DNA from: Malacoraja senta
Taxonomy: Eukaryota
Direction of reading: 5' to 3'
DNA: 64,000 nucleotides
NCBI GenBank assembly: GCA_038087875.1
Contig: CM075988.1
Location: forward strand, 19,532,001-19,596,000
The position numbers and the translations under genes were made by a program. Position 1 is the first letter of the stretch; every line of letters begins with the position of its first letter. The notes below the pieces were generated by a model. That model worked only from the letters and a program-made list of their open reading frames with translations. It ran no database searches and had not been told where the DNA came from. Shown here one piece after another: positions 12,426 through 25,539 of this stretch.

Positions 12426-14028
12426 TAATGTACCAACAATGGAACACCGACATTCTTACTCGCAACAACATAACAGGCCTGGAAACATATTGTGCATGGA
12501 TAATATATAATAAACCAGAAGTCAGTAAATCTTTAACCCCAATACTAGTGCAAAAAAACCCCAAGTCTTTAGTGCAACCAAAGGCAGTCCATTGTCCATT
12601 GTTCATAGTCATGGTGGGTGTTGTGCAGTGTTCAAGAGCCTGATGGTTACTGGGAAGAAGCGGTTCTTGAACCTGGTGGTCACAGTTTTCTGGCTCCTGC
12701 TGATGGTAGGAGTGAAATGAGAATGTGTTAGTCTTTGATGATGTTAGCTGCCTTTTTGAGACAGCACCTTCTACAGATCCCTTCATTGGTGAGGAGATTG
12801 GTACTTGTGATGGGCTAGCAGTGGTTCACTCTCGGTGACCTCCTTCATTCCTGGCCGTTCAAATTGCTGAACCAGGTCGTGGTGCAACCAGATGTCCAGG
12901 TGATTATTTGTTGACATACCATGTCATTTAAATATTCCAAACATTTGCATTTTTCCCCCAGGTTTGGATTGCCCAAATTTTAAGTATCTGGCATTCAGTA
13001 CAGGTAAGGGCTGGTAAGACCCTTGGGTCAAGTTAATCTTTCTCTCAATTTGGCTGGACAACACATTTTCTTCTTCAGAAAATATTGCAGATGCTTTGTG
13101 AAGTGCAAAGTCGTTCAAAACACAAAGCGTGAGAGCAGAATTTAAAAAGAGGCAAAAGGAAAAAAAAAAAATTTATTAATAGCAGAATGCAATGGGCACA
13201 TCTGTTGTTCAAATGCAGGCAAATCAGATGGGATACATCAGTTGTAAAATGATAAAAAATGACATCTACATGAAAGAGCAGCTGTCAATGGAACATAACT
13301 GTGATACAGAGGAGAACTCCTTGAGGAGAGTCACATCTTAGACCTTCTACTGGAAGTCTATTTCCATATCTTACAGTTATTGATGTAGCAGCTAAGTAAC
13401 AAATGATGGGTAGCTGTCCCAGCAGGCTTGTTTTTGAGTTATTTTGACATTGCTGGTCCTTGTTGAGAGAAAATAAGTTTAGGTTTATTATTGTCACATG
13501 TGCCGAGGTGCAGTGAAAACCTTTGTTTTGCATGTTGTCCAGACAGATCAGACATACCATACGTAAATACAATCAAGTCAAACTCAAGTACAATAGGTAG
13601 AGCAAAGAGGAAGATACAGAGTGCAAAATATAGTTCTCAGCATTGTAGCGCATCAGTTCCAGAGACATTGTCCATTGTCTGCAATAGGGTAGAGGTGAAT
13701 CGGTCAGTACCCTAGCTTATGGTGAGACTGCTCAGAAGCCTGATAACGGAGGGAAAGAAGCCGTTCCTGAGTCTGGTGGGATGTGCATTCAAGCTTCTGT
13801 ACCTTCAAAGCAAAGCAAGAATTTCATTGTCCTATCAGGGACACATGACAATAAACTCTCTTGAATCTTGAATCTTCTGACGGACGGGAGCAGGGAGAAG
13901 AAGGAACCACCATGATGGGGCAAGTCTTTGATTATGTTGGCTGCTTTTTTGAGGCAGCGTGAAGTGTAGATGCAGTCGATGGTGGGAAGTTTAGACTGTG
14001 TGATGGACTGGCTGGGCTACATCCACAA

Positions 14029-14699
14029 ATCTCCAAGGACCTTAAGTGGGGGGCTACCATCGACTCCACAGTCAAAAAGGCACAACAGAAGATGTACTTC
14101 CTACGGCAGCTGAGGAAGCACAATCTGCCACAGGCAATGATGGTCCAATTCTACACGGCCATCGTAGAGTCTGTTCTCACCTTCTCCATCATGGTCTGGT
14201 TTGGCTCAGCCACCAAGCACGACACCTGGAGGCTGCAGCGAATCGTCCGAACAGCAGAGAAAGTTATTGGCTGCAGCCTTCCCTCCATTGATGAACTGTA
14301 CACTGCAAGGGCCAGGAAACGAGCGGGTAAGATCATCTCTGACCCCTCTCACCCTGGCCACAAACTCTTTGAATCACTTCCCTCTGGAAGGCGACTCCGG
14401 ATTGTCAAAGCTGCCACAGCCAGACATAAAAACAGTTTTTATCCACGAGTGTGGTTGCTCTACTCAACAGCCAAAAATCTGTAGCCTCCCTTTGATCTGG
14501 TATTTTGTTGGTTCAAATGCTTGATCAATGGTGTTTTATCATTCATGTTTTATTATTATTAATGTTTAGTGTTTTCCGAGTCATTCGTAACTGTCACTGT
14601 GTGTCATGTTGTTACTTGTGGGTGGAGCACCAAGGCAAATTCCTTGTATGTGAATATTTGGCCAATAAATTTACTTACTTACTTACTTACTTTACTTAC
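14029..14699 (+). mobile_element. Young 5'-truncated Rex1/Babar-like LINE
   Basis: ORF 14092-14484 MYFLRQLRK...FYTAIVESVLTFSIMVWFGS...LPSGRRLR; (TTAC)n tail; sits inside an older LINE fragment. Confidence 0.85.
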
Positions 14700-14912
14700 C
14701 CTCTGCAAATTCCTGTGGTCTTCGGCAGAGCTGTTTTCAGAGTTCTTCACTGGAGTTGTTTTGTCAATGGTTTGTGCAACTTTCATGCCTGTGTATTCAG
14801 AAAGCTGCCACTTTCTAAAATAACTTATTTTTATGTGGGAATGTGTTGATCACCAGAAAGGTCGAGTGATAGAAGGTGAGGGTGAATAGGTCCTACAACT
14901 GCTTGTTTTCAA

Positions 14913-15232
14913 GTTTAGTTTAGATTAGTTTAGATTAGTTTAGTTTAGTTTGGAGATACAGCTCAGAAACGGGCTCATCGGACCACCAAGTCTGCGCCGA
15001 CCAGCGATCCCTGCACACTAACACTATCCTACGCACACCAAGGACAATTTACAATTTACCAAGCCAATTAGCCTACAAACCTGTACGTCTTTGGAGTGTG
15101 GGAAGGAACCGGAGCGCCCGGGGAAAACCAAGCGGTCACAGAGAGAACCTACAAACTCCATACAGACAACACCCATAGTCAGGAATGAACCCAGGTATCT
15201 GGCACTGTAAGGCAGCAACTCTACCGCTGCCC
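14913..15232 (-). mobile_element. V-SINE
   Basis: Same head, V core and (AAACT)n tail as 4851-5143. Confidence 0.8.
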
Positions 15233-15754
15233 ATGTTGAAGTATTGAAGGTACTTTGCTGTTGGGTGAGGAGTTCTGGGATATATACCCAGTGATTACGA
15301 ATGAAGTTGGTTCTGGTCATTGGAAAGAACTCAAACCTTGAAGGTCACTGCTGGAGTCCTGATTTTATTTACCAGTTTGGAATGCTTTATGACTTCAGGA
15401 GTCAAGAGTGTTTTATTGTTATATGTCCCAAAATGGAATGATGAATTTCTTATGGAGATTGTTTGTTGCTGAAGAATTAACAGTACTGGGGCCAGTGAAC
15501 CAGTCAAATGTTCATGGCTCAATTCCTGACTTCCTCATGGGAGTACCTTGTCATTGTACATAATTTGCATTCATTTAAATTCTTAATAACACCCATGTTA
15601 ACAAGATCTTGAAACAATGCTGATTAAATATTTTATCTCCGATTGAAGTAGACAACATCATTTTTCATAATCCTTCCAATTTAACAGAAATAAGTACCAC
15701 CGTGTGTTTTTATTTCTTTAAAGCCCAAAGCAGTTCACCTTGGATTGCATGTTT

Positions 15755-16062
15755 TTTTAGAGATACAGCGCGGAAACAGGCCATTCGGCCCACCGAGTTC
15801 TCACCGACTAGCGATCCCCGCGCACTAACAATATCCTATACACACTGTGGACAATCTTATATTGATACCAAGCCAATTAACCTACAAACCTGTACATCTT
15901 TGGAGTGTGGGAGGAAACGGATCTCGGAGAAAACCGACGAGGTCACGGGGAGAACGTACAAACTCTGTACAGACAGCACCCGTAGTCGGGATCGAACCCG
16001 AGTCTCCGGCGCTGTAAGCCATGTAAGTGAGCAACTGTACCGCTGTGCCACCGTGCTGCCCC
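15755..16062 (-). mobile_element. V-SINE
   Basis: tRNA-like head with GGGTTCGATCCC B-box and V core. Confidence 0.8.
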
Positions 16063-16976
16063 TATGTTTAACCCAATCCGAGACTGAAGGCTGTGAACTC
16101 ATAGCTGTGATCCTTATACATTCATTAGACAGTAACAGAGAACAGACCTTCACAGCTTCATAACCCCCTGACACCCATACTAATCATGAATCTATCAATA
16201 TCCATTGACTTGGCCTCCACGGCCTTCTGTGACAATGAATCCCACAGATTCACCACCCTCTGACTAAAGAAATTCCTCCTCATCTCCTTTCTAAAGGTCT
16301 GTCCTTTTATTCGGAGGCTATGGCTCTCAGCACTAGCAGAAACTTCCTTTCTATATCCACTCTATCCAGACCTTAAGCAGAGAGAGGGTTAAAACAATAT
16401 GAAAGATGCAGATTGGTCCAAAACCTGGATAGGTGAAACTGTGAATAGATGTTATTTATTAGACATGTAATGTGCCAAAAAAAAAAGTGTTGTATTCAAC
16501 TCTAAAATTTATTTCTGCCACTGTTCATGGTTAGGAAACATTACATCATTGGAGTCTTTATTTATCTATACATAATTTTATTTACTTTATTTATCTATAA
16601 CTTGGATAGGTGAAACAGTGACTAGTTGTTATTTATTTGAGATGAAAGGTGGGCGATAAACAGAAACATAAAAAAAATAGGCAGGTTGGGATAGGAATGG
16701 TGAACAAAGGAAAAAGGAAAGCAAGTCAATAGATAGGTAATTGTGTGATGTGCAGGCAAGATCAGATGGGGAAGGTTGATAAGTCTAGAAGATAGACACA
16801 AAATGCTGGAGTAACTCTGCGGGACAGGCAGCATCTCTGGACAGAAGGAATAGGTAATGTTTCGGGTCGGGTTCCTTCCTCAGACTGAGAATGATAATGA
16901 TGAGCAGTTTAGATAAAGATTGGGTGGGGAAAGAGAGAGAGAGACCATGGGTGGACAGATGGGATTGGGAAAGGAC

Positions 16977-17408
16977 ACACAAAAATGCTGGAGAAACTCA
17001 GCGGGTGCAGCAGCATCTATGGAGCGAAGGAAATAGGTAACGTTTCGGGCCGAAACCCTTCTTCAGACAGATAGGGGGTGGGGAGAAGAAAGGAAAAAAG
17101 GAAAAAGGTGGAGGAGGAGCCCGAGGGCTGGGGGGAGGGGAGGAGACAACCGGATGGCTGATGAAGGGGAGGGGACAGCAAGGGCTAGCAGAATTGGGAG
17201 AATTCAATGTTCAAGCCCCCAGGATGTAGACTGCCCAAGCGGAATATGAGGTGCATTTCCTCCAATTTACGGTGTTGCTCGCTGTGGCCATGGAGGAGAC
17301 CCAGGACTGAGAGGTCCGATACGGAATGGGAGGGGGAGTTGAAGTGCTGAGCCACCGGGAGGTCAGGTTGGTTATTGCGGACCGACCGGAACCCAGGTCG
17401 GTCCGCAA
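16977..17408 (-). mobile_element. Penelope-like element 3' fragment (GIY-YIG C-terminus plus terminal repeat)
   Basis: Encodes PVAQHFNSPSHS...RKLEEMHLIFRLGSLHPGGLN; near-identical to 59985-60389; 13-bp inverted repeat at the 5' break (17375-17408). Confidence 0.85.
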
Positions 17409-18024
17409 AGGAACCCAGCAGGTTACCTGCCTTGGTTGGCACAGGCATGTTGGGCCGAAGGACCTGTTTCTGTGCTGTATGCCTCTATGACCCCCCACCA
17501 TCAACATCCACCTCTTGCCGACGCACTATCCTGCCTCCCAATAATGTAAAGGCCTTCATGATGTTTTGGTCTCTCTGCAAGCGGTACAGCATGGACATTG
17601 TGGACCGAAGGGCCTGGTCCTATGCTGTACTGTATCAATGTAAATGTGAATTATTTTCCTAAATAGGCTGCTTGCTCAAATAACGCATACTGTATCCAGA
17701 AACTGATTCATGTAAACAGTAAACAAAGATCAAACATCAAGGCACGGTGACAAGAATTTTAACAGCAAAGTTTTATTCACATATCTCCTACCTGCTGTCA
17801 TCTACATGCTAAAAGGTGTCAACGAACCATTGTGCTGTACTGAACAGGGGCAGAATTTAATTTTAGACTTGAATACAACGCTTTTTTTTCTAGTACATTA
17901 CTGCCTTGTAAGTTTTAGTACAATAACAACATTGTTTTATTTTTTCCATTGGATTCTTACAAAGTTGAAAGACCCGATAAATTTTAAGCACTAGGTTCAT
18001 ACTCATAGAGTCAAAACATCATGG

Positions 18025-18320
18025 ATGCAGTGGCACAGTGGCATTAGAGCTGCCACCTTACTGCGCCAGAGACCCAGGTTCGATCCTGACTGCGGGTGCT
18101 GTCCGTGTGTAGTTTGCCCATTCTCCCTGTGACCTTGTGGGTTTCCTCTTGGTGCTTAATTTTCCTCCCACATTCAAAAGATTTGTGGGTTTGTAGGTTA
18201 ATTGGCTTCTGTAAAAATTATCCCTAGTGTGTAGGATAGAACTAGCGTATGGGTGATCGTTGGTCAGCATGGACTCGGTTGGCCAAAGGGTTTCCACGCG
18301 GTTTCTCTAAACATAAACCT
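18025..18320 (+). mobile_element. V-SINE
   Basis: GGTTCGATCC B-box, V core, CTAAAC tail. Confidence 0.75.
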
Positions 18321-20559
18321 AATCATACAGCATAGAAACAGGTCCTTGAGCCTAACATGTCCAAGTCAACTGCTCAGTTCATATCTAGACTAATCCCATT
18401 CACCAGCACTTTTATCAAGTGCCTTCTGTGCCTCTGCAATTCAATTTTGACAATTCAAAAATACTAAAACAACATTTAAAAACATTTGTACAGGTACATG
18501 GATAGGAAAGGTTTAGAGGGAAATGGACGAAATGTGAAACGTGGGACTATGGATTGTCTCCTGTGCCTGCAAGTGATCCATATCCCTCCATTCACAGCTT
18601 ATACATAAATAATCCTGTTAAATGCCTCCATCCTATCTGCTTCCACTACCACCTTTGACAATGCATTCCAGGCATCCACCACTCTGTGTAAAATAAAACA
18701 TGCCATGCATATCTTCTCTAAAATGTCCCCTTCTCACCTTAAAGCTATGCTCTCTAGTCTTTGACATTTCCACTCTGAGAAAAAGGTTCTGACTGTCGAC
18801 CCTATCCATGCCTCCCCGTCATTTTATATACCTCTGTCAGCTCTCCCTTCAACCTCCTCCACTCCAGAGAATGCAAACATGGTTTATCCAATCTCTCCTC
18901 ATGACTGAAACACTTTTCCAGGTAACATCCTGGTGAATCTCCTCTGCATCTTCTACAGTGCAACATATCCTTCCTGTAGTTTGTTGACCAGGACTGTACA
19001 CAATATTTCAGCTGTAATCATATCATGACCTCTGCTCTTATACTCTATGCCCTGGTTAATGAAGGCAATATCCCAAATGCCTTCTTCACCACCAAGCCTA
19101 CCCGCGTTGCAACTACCTGCATGGTCCGAGCAGAAATCTAGACCAGCCGTCGCAACCCAGAGTCTTTAAGGTTCTTTCGTCATCATTGATCCAAATCCTC
19201 GAAACCTGTTTGTATCATTACATAACACAAAGTGCAAGAGCAATTCAGAGGGTCAGGCAGCATCTGTGGAGGGAATGTGTAGGAAAAAACTGCAGATGCT
19301 GGTTTAAACTGAAGATAGACACAAAATGCTGGACTAACCCTTCTGAAGGACCTCAGCCCGAAATGACACCCATTCCTTCTCTCCAGAGATGCTGCCTGTC
19401 CCGTTGAGTTACTCCAGGTTTTTGTGTCTATCTGTGGAATGAATGATAGCTTATCCATTCCCTCCACAGATGCCGCCTGACCCACTGAGTTTCTCCAGCA
19501 CTCTGTGTTTTGCTCAAGATTCCAGCATCTGCCGTTCCTTATGTCCCCATTGAATCATTACGTGGTCACACTATTGTGAAGATTGACCACTGATAAAAAC
19601 TGGCAGAGAGCTGGGTCCAAATGAAATCGCAGATCAGAACACAAGAACAATGTGGTAACGAATACACACTTGTTTGTTGAGCAGGAAGAAATGTAGGGAA
19701 ATTTCTTTTCCGTAGAGCTTGCAAATTAGGTTTGGTGATAAACTACGCCCTTAAGCAGAACAGACAATTCAATCTAAAAATTGCTCTGTTCGAATAATAA
19801 CAGCGATTTCCACTCAACGTTCATTGTGACAGTCCATCCTTTAATTCCCCCTCTTGCAAATGCTCGCTGTTGATTGTTCATTTAATCTGCTCGTTTTAAC
19901 ATATCATTTCAGCACTAAAACCAATGAATGCTCTTAAATGTATGTCCCATTGTTGGAAACACAAAATCAATGATTGATTGCCATTAGAATAAACTGTAGG
20001 ATGGGTTCAGTTTTGTTAAGATGCATAATTATTATACTCCAACCAGAAGTAATAAGGTCTTCTTCAAAATAAACTCCCCGAAGCACCCATGCATGGCCTG
20101 GATAGGAATTGAAAGATATAATTTACTTGATTTATTTGTTTAAAGAATGTTGGTTGTGTTGGCAAGGACCTCATTAAAGGCCCTTCTACAACTTGCCTTG
20201 AGGCAGTGTTGGGCCCTGGAACTGTTGTCCTGGTAATGACACACACCTACCTGCTGTTGGGTGGGGATTTCCAGGCAGATAAGGGTTTATCTTGGCATCA
20301 TGTTTGGCACAGACATTGTGGGTCGAATGGCCTGTTCCTGTCTACTGTTCTATGTTCCATGTGGCTCTGTTGGATTCTGTCTTTGGAACTGGTGCGCTAC
20401 AATGCTGAAAACTTTAACCTGCACTCTGGTATCTTTCTCTCGCTCTATCTGTTGGGCTTGTATTTGGCTTGATTGTGTTCATGTGCACAATATGATCTGA
20501 TTTGATTGCATATCACCCAAACAAAAGCCTTTCACCTAAACCTAAACCTAAATAATTCA

Positions 20560-21110
20560 GTTCAGTTCAGTTCAGTTTATCATCACATGTACAGTGAAAG
20601 GTACAGTCAAAAGTTTTTTTGCGTGCTATCCAGTCAGCAGAAAGACAATACATGATTACAATCAAGCCATTTACAGTGTATAGATACATGAGAAGGGAAT
20701 AATGTTTAGTGCAAGGTAAAGCAAGCAAAGTCCAATCAAAGATAGTCTAAGGGTCATCAAAATGGCAGATGGTAGTTCAACACTGCTCTCTGGTTGAGGT
20801 AGGATGATTCAGTTGCCTGATAACAGTGGGAAGAAACTGTTCCTGATCTGGAGGTGTGTGTTTTCACACTTCTATATCTCTTGCCTGATGGGAGATGGGA
20901 GAAGAGGGAATGGCCAGGGTGCAACTCATCCTTGATTATGCTGCTGACCTTGCCGAGGCAGTGTGAGGTATAAATGGAGTCAATAGAAGGGAGGTTGGCT
21001 TGTGTGATGGTCTGGGCTGTGTCCAGAATTCGCTGCAATTTCTTGCGGTCTTGGATGGAGATATTCCCAAACCAAGCTGTGATGCATCCTGATAAAATGC
21101 TTTCTCTGGT
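20560..21110 (-). mobile_element. Rex1/Babar-like LINE 3' fragment
   Basis: LQRILDTAQTIT...HPGHSLFSHLPSGKRYRS; (TGAAC)n tail. Confidence 0.75.
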
Positions 21111-21858
21111 GCGTTCTTAATTGTCCTTAATTGTCCATGAGACACCTCTTAATCTGCCAACTCAGTGCGTTCATTGTGATCTCCCAGTGATGTACAGTAT
21201 TTCGACCCATGGACAATTGAATGCAGAAGGGACACAGTTTCCATTATCAGGGGGATAGGGCTTTAAAGGAAACAAATTTTAGGCGACATGTAAGTGAACA
21301 ATATAACGAAACACTTGCTTTGTCTGTTGGTCAGTAATCCTTCATTGAATGGATAATCAAAATGAATTCAACTGTAACATTCGAAAAGAAAAGTACTGAA
21401 TTGATATAAAGAAACTACAGAGCCAGGGGAAAGCGGGACTCATTGCGTGGCAAAGGCACGTGGGATAGATGAGTGCATCCTCTGCGGCATTATTCTGGAC
21501 CAGCCCCACAGAGTGCATCCACCAAACCTTTCTTCCTGTTCCAATCCGGCTGTGGTCAAACGGCATGATTCCAGTCATGATTCAAATGAAACCATTCATT
21601 TTACAATTAGAACATAGAACACAGTACAGTATAACATAGGTAAGGCCTCATCGACTCACGATGTCTGTGTGTAACATGATGCCTAGACTACACATAAGAC
21701 TTATCTGCCTGCACATGATCCATATCTATCCATTCCATATCTATTTATCCATGCGCCTATTCAAAAGTCTCTTAAACCCCACCATGTATATGCCTCCACC
21801 ATCAACTCTGGTGACACATTCCAGACACTCACCAGTGCACTGAAATATTCCTGTTCAT

Positions 21859-22630
21859 CTTTTTTTGTTTTTTGTTTTTGTTAGAAGCAATTGTACAAAA
21901 AAAAAGATCGACATAACAGTTATACAGTTTTCGTACAGCTTCAGTTTTAACATTTTATATTCTAATAACTAGATAGGAAAAAAAAGAAAAAGGAAAAAAG
22001 GAGAAAGAAAGAAAGTAAAGAGAAAAAAAAACAAAAAAAAACGGAACTAACGAAGGTGTACAAGAAGCAGAGATATATCCAACTACCCTTCCGTACCCCC
22101 CGCTCACCCAGCCCTAGCATCGGTTTTGAGTTTGTGTTCAGCCATTATGTTGTTGAAGAAATTAAATAAAAGGAGACCATATTTTTGAAAATTGATCTGG
22201 TTTGTCAGTCAACACAAACCTTATTTTTTCTAGATGAAGTCTCTCGGTCATTTCTGTGATCCACATCTTCACTGTGGGGACTGTTATCTTTTTCCAGAAT
22301 TTAAGTAAAAGTTTTTTCGCAGTTATTAAACCGTAGTCAAGGAAGCGTCTTTGAAATATCGTTAGATTAGGGCAACCCTCTGACATTCCTAATATTATTA
22401 GTTTTGGATCTGGCTCCAATTGAGTTTTAAGTGTTTTAGAAATAATATTGAATATTTCCGTCCAGATGTTTTGTATTTTTATACAGGATACAAAAGTGTG
22501 AGTTAGGGTGGCTTCTTGAAAGTGACATTTATCACAAAGAGTTGGGAAGATCTTGTTCAATTTGGTCTTTGAGTAGTATAACCTATGCAATACTTTAAAT
22601 TGTATCAGCCAGTCCCTGGCATTTAAAGAA
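21859..22630 (-). mobile_element. 5'-truncated L1-clade fragment with poly(A) tail
   Basis: ORF 22162-22638 LIQFKVLHRLYYSK...LCDKC...LTHTFVSC, homologous to the C-terminus of the L1 ORF2 at 26.3-27 kb; T-rich tail on +. Confidence 0.85.
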
Positions 22631-22986
22631 CCGTTCATCTTCTTTAATCTTTCCCCCTCTCATCTTAAAACTATGCCCAACATTCTTTGGCATTTCATTT
22701 GGCATTTCCTCGTGGTAAGCCATGAGAGCCAGATGCACACAAATTGGTGACATTGCGTAAGATGGGGAAATAAATAGCCAAGAAAATGTCAAAGTGGAGT
22801 CACGGGTGATAAGATTTTTCACATGAATCTATATAAGTTAATTTGTAACTTTGTCTGCACCGTAGGTGGCCATTATTTGTATCCATTGGGAATGCAAGAA
22901 AAGAATTTCACTGTGCCCTGTCACATGTGACAATAAAGTATTCCTTTCATTCCATATCATGTTAGTGAGGGAGTGAAAGTTTGAGG

Positions 22987-23792
22987 AATATTTTGCTTTG
23001 GGCCAGTGTACAGTACATTATCTTTGGGAAACTGACACATATCCGATACTTGACTCTTCAGGAAAGAGGGGCAAGCAAATGAACCGAATGACCCCAAAAT
23101 TGTCACAGCGTTCATCATTAAAGAACATATTAAGCCGTTCGCTCAGCCTCTGAAACTATGGAGGTTAATCAAAGGAAAACATCATCCCAAGAAACAGAAA
23201 ATGGACACATTTATTTCACAAGCATCATTAGTACTCGCGAGCTGTACCCACTGAACACACATTATCATTGTATCTCTCTTTTCTGATATTCAGTTCTATT
23301 GACTTCAGCGGAGTCAAATTTTGGAAGCATGTTATAATATGTAGCCACTACTGTTGCAGTGCATTCAACCTGTGGCCAAGTTGAATTTCTCCCCTGAAGA
23401 TTTGAAAGTTTTTTGACCAACCTAAATAAAGCCTCAAGCACTGAGCTAAAGCGATGAAAATATATTGCTATCTGTTCCAATAAGGTGGTTAAGTAACTTA
23501 ACAGCTACCAAAATTGCTAAGAAATAAGTTCAGAATGTAGAACTCAGATGCCATCATTAATTAGGAACAGTGATCTCTATTAATAATGGATATTTGGCTC
23601 TGGGCAAGTGTACATCACCTATGGGAAAGTGAAACATATTGAATACTTAACTATTCAAGAAAGTGGGGCAAGCAGATGATCTGAATGTCCCCAAACTGTC
23701 AGAGCATTCTTCATTAAAGGACACATTAAACCTTTCACCCAGCCTCTGAAACAACAGCAGCCAGCAGCTTAATCAAAGGGAAACATCACCTC
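22987..23792 (+). repeat. Diverged local duplication of an approximately 200-bp unit (22987-23190 and 23589-23792)
   Basis: Colinear shared blocks TGGGAAA, GGGGCAAGCA, CCCCAAA, TCATTAAAG, CAGCCTCTGAAAC, TTAATCAAAGG. Confidence 0.85.
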
Positions 23793-24190
23793 ACTTTAGT
23801 GCCCAGTCATTCATTTTGAAAGTCTTCAATATTAACGAGATGACTGAAAATAGAAGACATCTAATTTGATTCAGTGCTCTACATGGGGCGTCATCACCTG
23901 TGGCACCTTCACCAGTTCTGAGCATTGAGGAAAACAGGTCCATAACTGTCTAATGACTGGCTTGGTCAAGTGCCCCAAATCTCCAGTTTCCTTCTTCCAT
24001 GACTCTCAGTCTGAAGAAGGGTCTCGACCCGAAACATCACCTATTCCTTTTCTTCAGAGATGCTGCCTGACCCGTTGAGTTACTCACGCAATTTGTGTCT
24101 ATTTCCGCCCCAAATACTCCAGTGAAGGGGGTGTCCCTCTCCATCTTCCCATTGCCAGCGTCAGGATTACTGAGATCAGAACATGGGGTC

Positions 24191-24336
24191 TTCTTCTTCC
24201 TCGTGTCCGGCCATCTTCTATATCATGTCTTTCCGGTTGGTTGCAGAATTCGCTACTTCAGTCAGTCACTGTGGTACAGTTTCTGCCGTCAGCATTGCCC
24301 CGGGATGCACCACGTGGAGGCTTCTGCTTGCATCCC
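24191..24336 (-). mobile_element. Short ribozyme-headed retro-insertion with (GAA)n tail
   Basis: Perfect TSD AGAACATGGGGTC at 24178-24190 and 24337-24349; 3' end GAAGATGGCCGGACACGAGGAAGAAGAA. Confidence 0.85.
24243..24336 (-). ncRNA. HDV-like (CPEB3-like) self-cleaving ribozyme
   Basis: P1 GGGAUGC/GCAUCCC, P2 GCAGAA/UUCUGC, P3 GCC/GGU, L3 UCCACGU, P1.1 GG, GCAA junction, P4 UGCU/AGUA with long insert, J4/2 GCGAA (putative catalytic C at 24252). Confidence 0.85.
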
Positions 24337-24754
24337 AGAACATGGGGTCATCTAACTAAGTACATCTAAAGACAAGTTGATGAAAGTGAATAACTCCAAA
24401 GTAATTAAGCAGGAGCCAAATAAGCCCCTGAAAATAAATCACAGAAACTACCCACTCTACGGGGTGAGGTTTTGCAGAGATTACTTATATTTTGGGCCCT
24501 TCCTAGCAATCTCCTTCAGTGAGAAATTTCAATCTACTGTCCACTCTCGCATTAAAAACAAGGTAGAAACAGAATAAGTTACTCAAACAGCATAGCTCAT
24601 GATTAGTGGAAAGTCTGACAATATTCAAGTTCACTCATCAGGAGTGTGTGGAGTTTGCAGAAGTGAAAGGTGACTAGATTTGCAGAAACTCAAGTTAATG
24701 TGTTTCACGTCTTCCATTCATTTTCAGAGCTGCCTTCTTAAGAAGGTGGTGATG

Positions 24755-24755
<1 letters not shown>

Positions 24756-24785
<30 letters not shown>

Positions 24786-25103
24786 TTATTGGCCAAGTAT
24801 TCACATACAAGGAATTTGCCTTGGTGCTCCGCCCACAAGTAACAACATGACATACAGTGACAGTTACGAATGACTCAGAAAACACTAAACATTAATAATA
24901 ATAAAACATTAATGATAAAACACCATTGATCAAGCATGTGAACCAACAAAATACCAGATCAAAGGGAGGCTACACATTTTTGGCTGTTGAGTAGAGCAAC
25001 TACTCGTAGATAAAAACTGTTTTTTATGTCTGGCTGTGGCAGCTTTGACAGTCCGGAGTCGCCTTCCAGAGGGAAGTGATTCAAAGAGTTTGTGGCCAGG
25101 GTG
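24756..25103 (-). mobile_element. Rex1/Babar-like LINE 3' end (same family as 14029-14699)
   Basis: Reverse complement of about 14350-14690 with (TTAC)n tail. Confidence 0.85.
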
Positions 25104-25427
25104 TGGATGTCAATAAGTCCACAGTGCTGATCAATTGTCCTTCATCTCACCAACTTTCCTCTTGCACCAATAAAGCATCATCAGAGACTATCCAGGATGA
25201 ATAGTAAGATTAAACGAGAACTTACCAAGTTTGAAGTTTGATCTTTATTTTATGAGGAGTTACGTTGGTGATTACGTGAAGAAGACCCATCAGGGCGCAT
25301 GCGCGTCAATCTTCAAAGCAGCAGTATGAAATCACAGATAACACAATATTTGAAGTAACATATTAAGATGAGCAACATGAGAACTACCATATGACCTTTT
25401 TTATGAGAGAGGATTGGGCGTGGCGGG

Positions 25428-25539
25428 CACGTAATCACCAGCGTAACTCCTCATAAAATAAAGATCAAACTTCAAACTTGGTAAGTTCTCGTTTAATCTT
25501 ACTATTTTACTTCGGAGTCACGTTTGTGACTACATGAAG
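25428..25539 (-). repeat. DIRS internal complementary region (ICR)
   Basis: 25428-25506 is a 79-bp inverted copy (1 mismatch) of 25200-25278, fused through TTTT to an inverted copy of the left terminus (ACTTCGGAGTCACGTTTGTGACTAC), i.e. the circle-junction sequence. Confidence 0.93.

Noticed and set aside
23589..23670. FGSG motif suggesting an antigen-receptor J segment
   Set aside because: No FGxGT-L-V pattern, no recombination signal sequence or donor site seen
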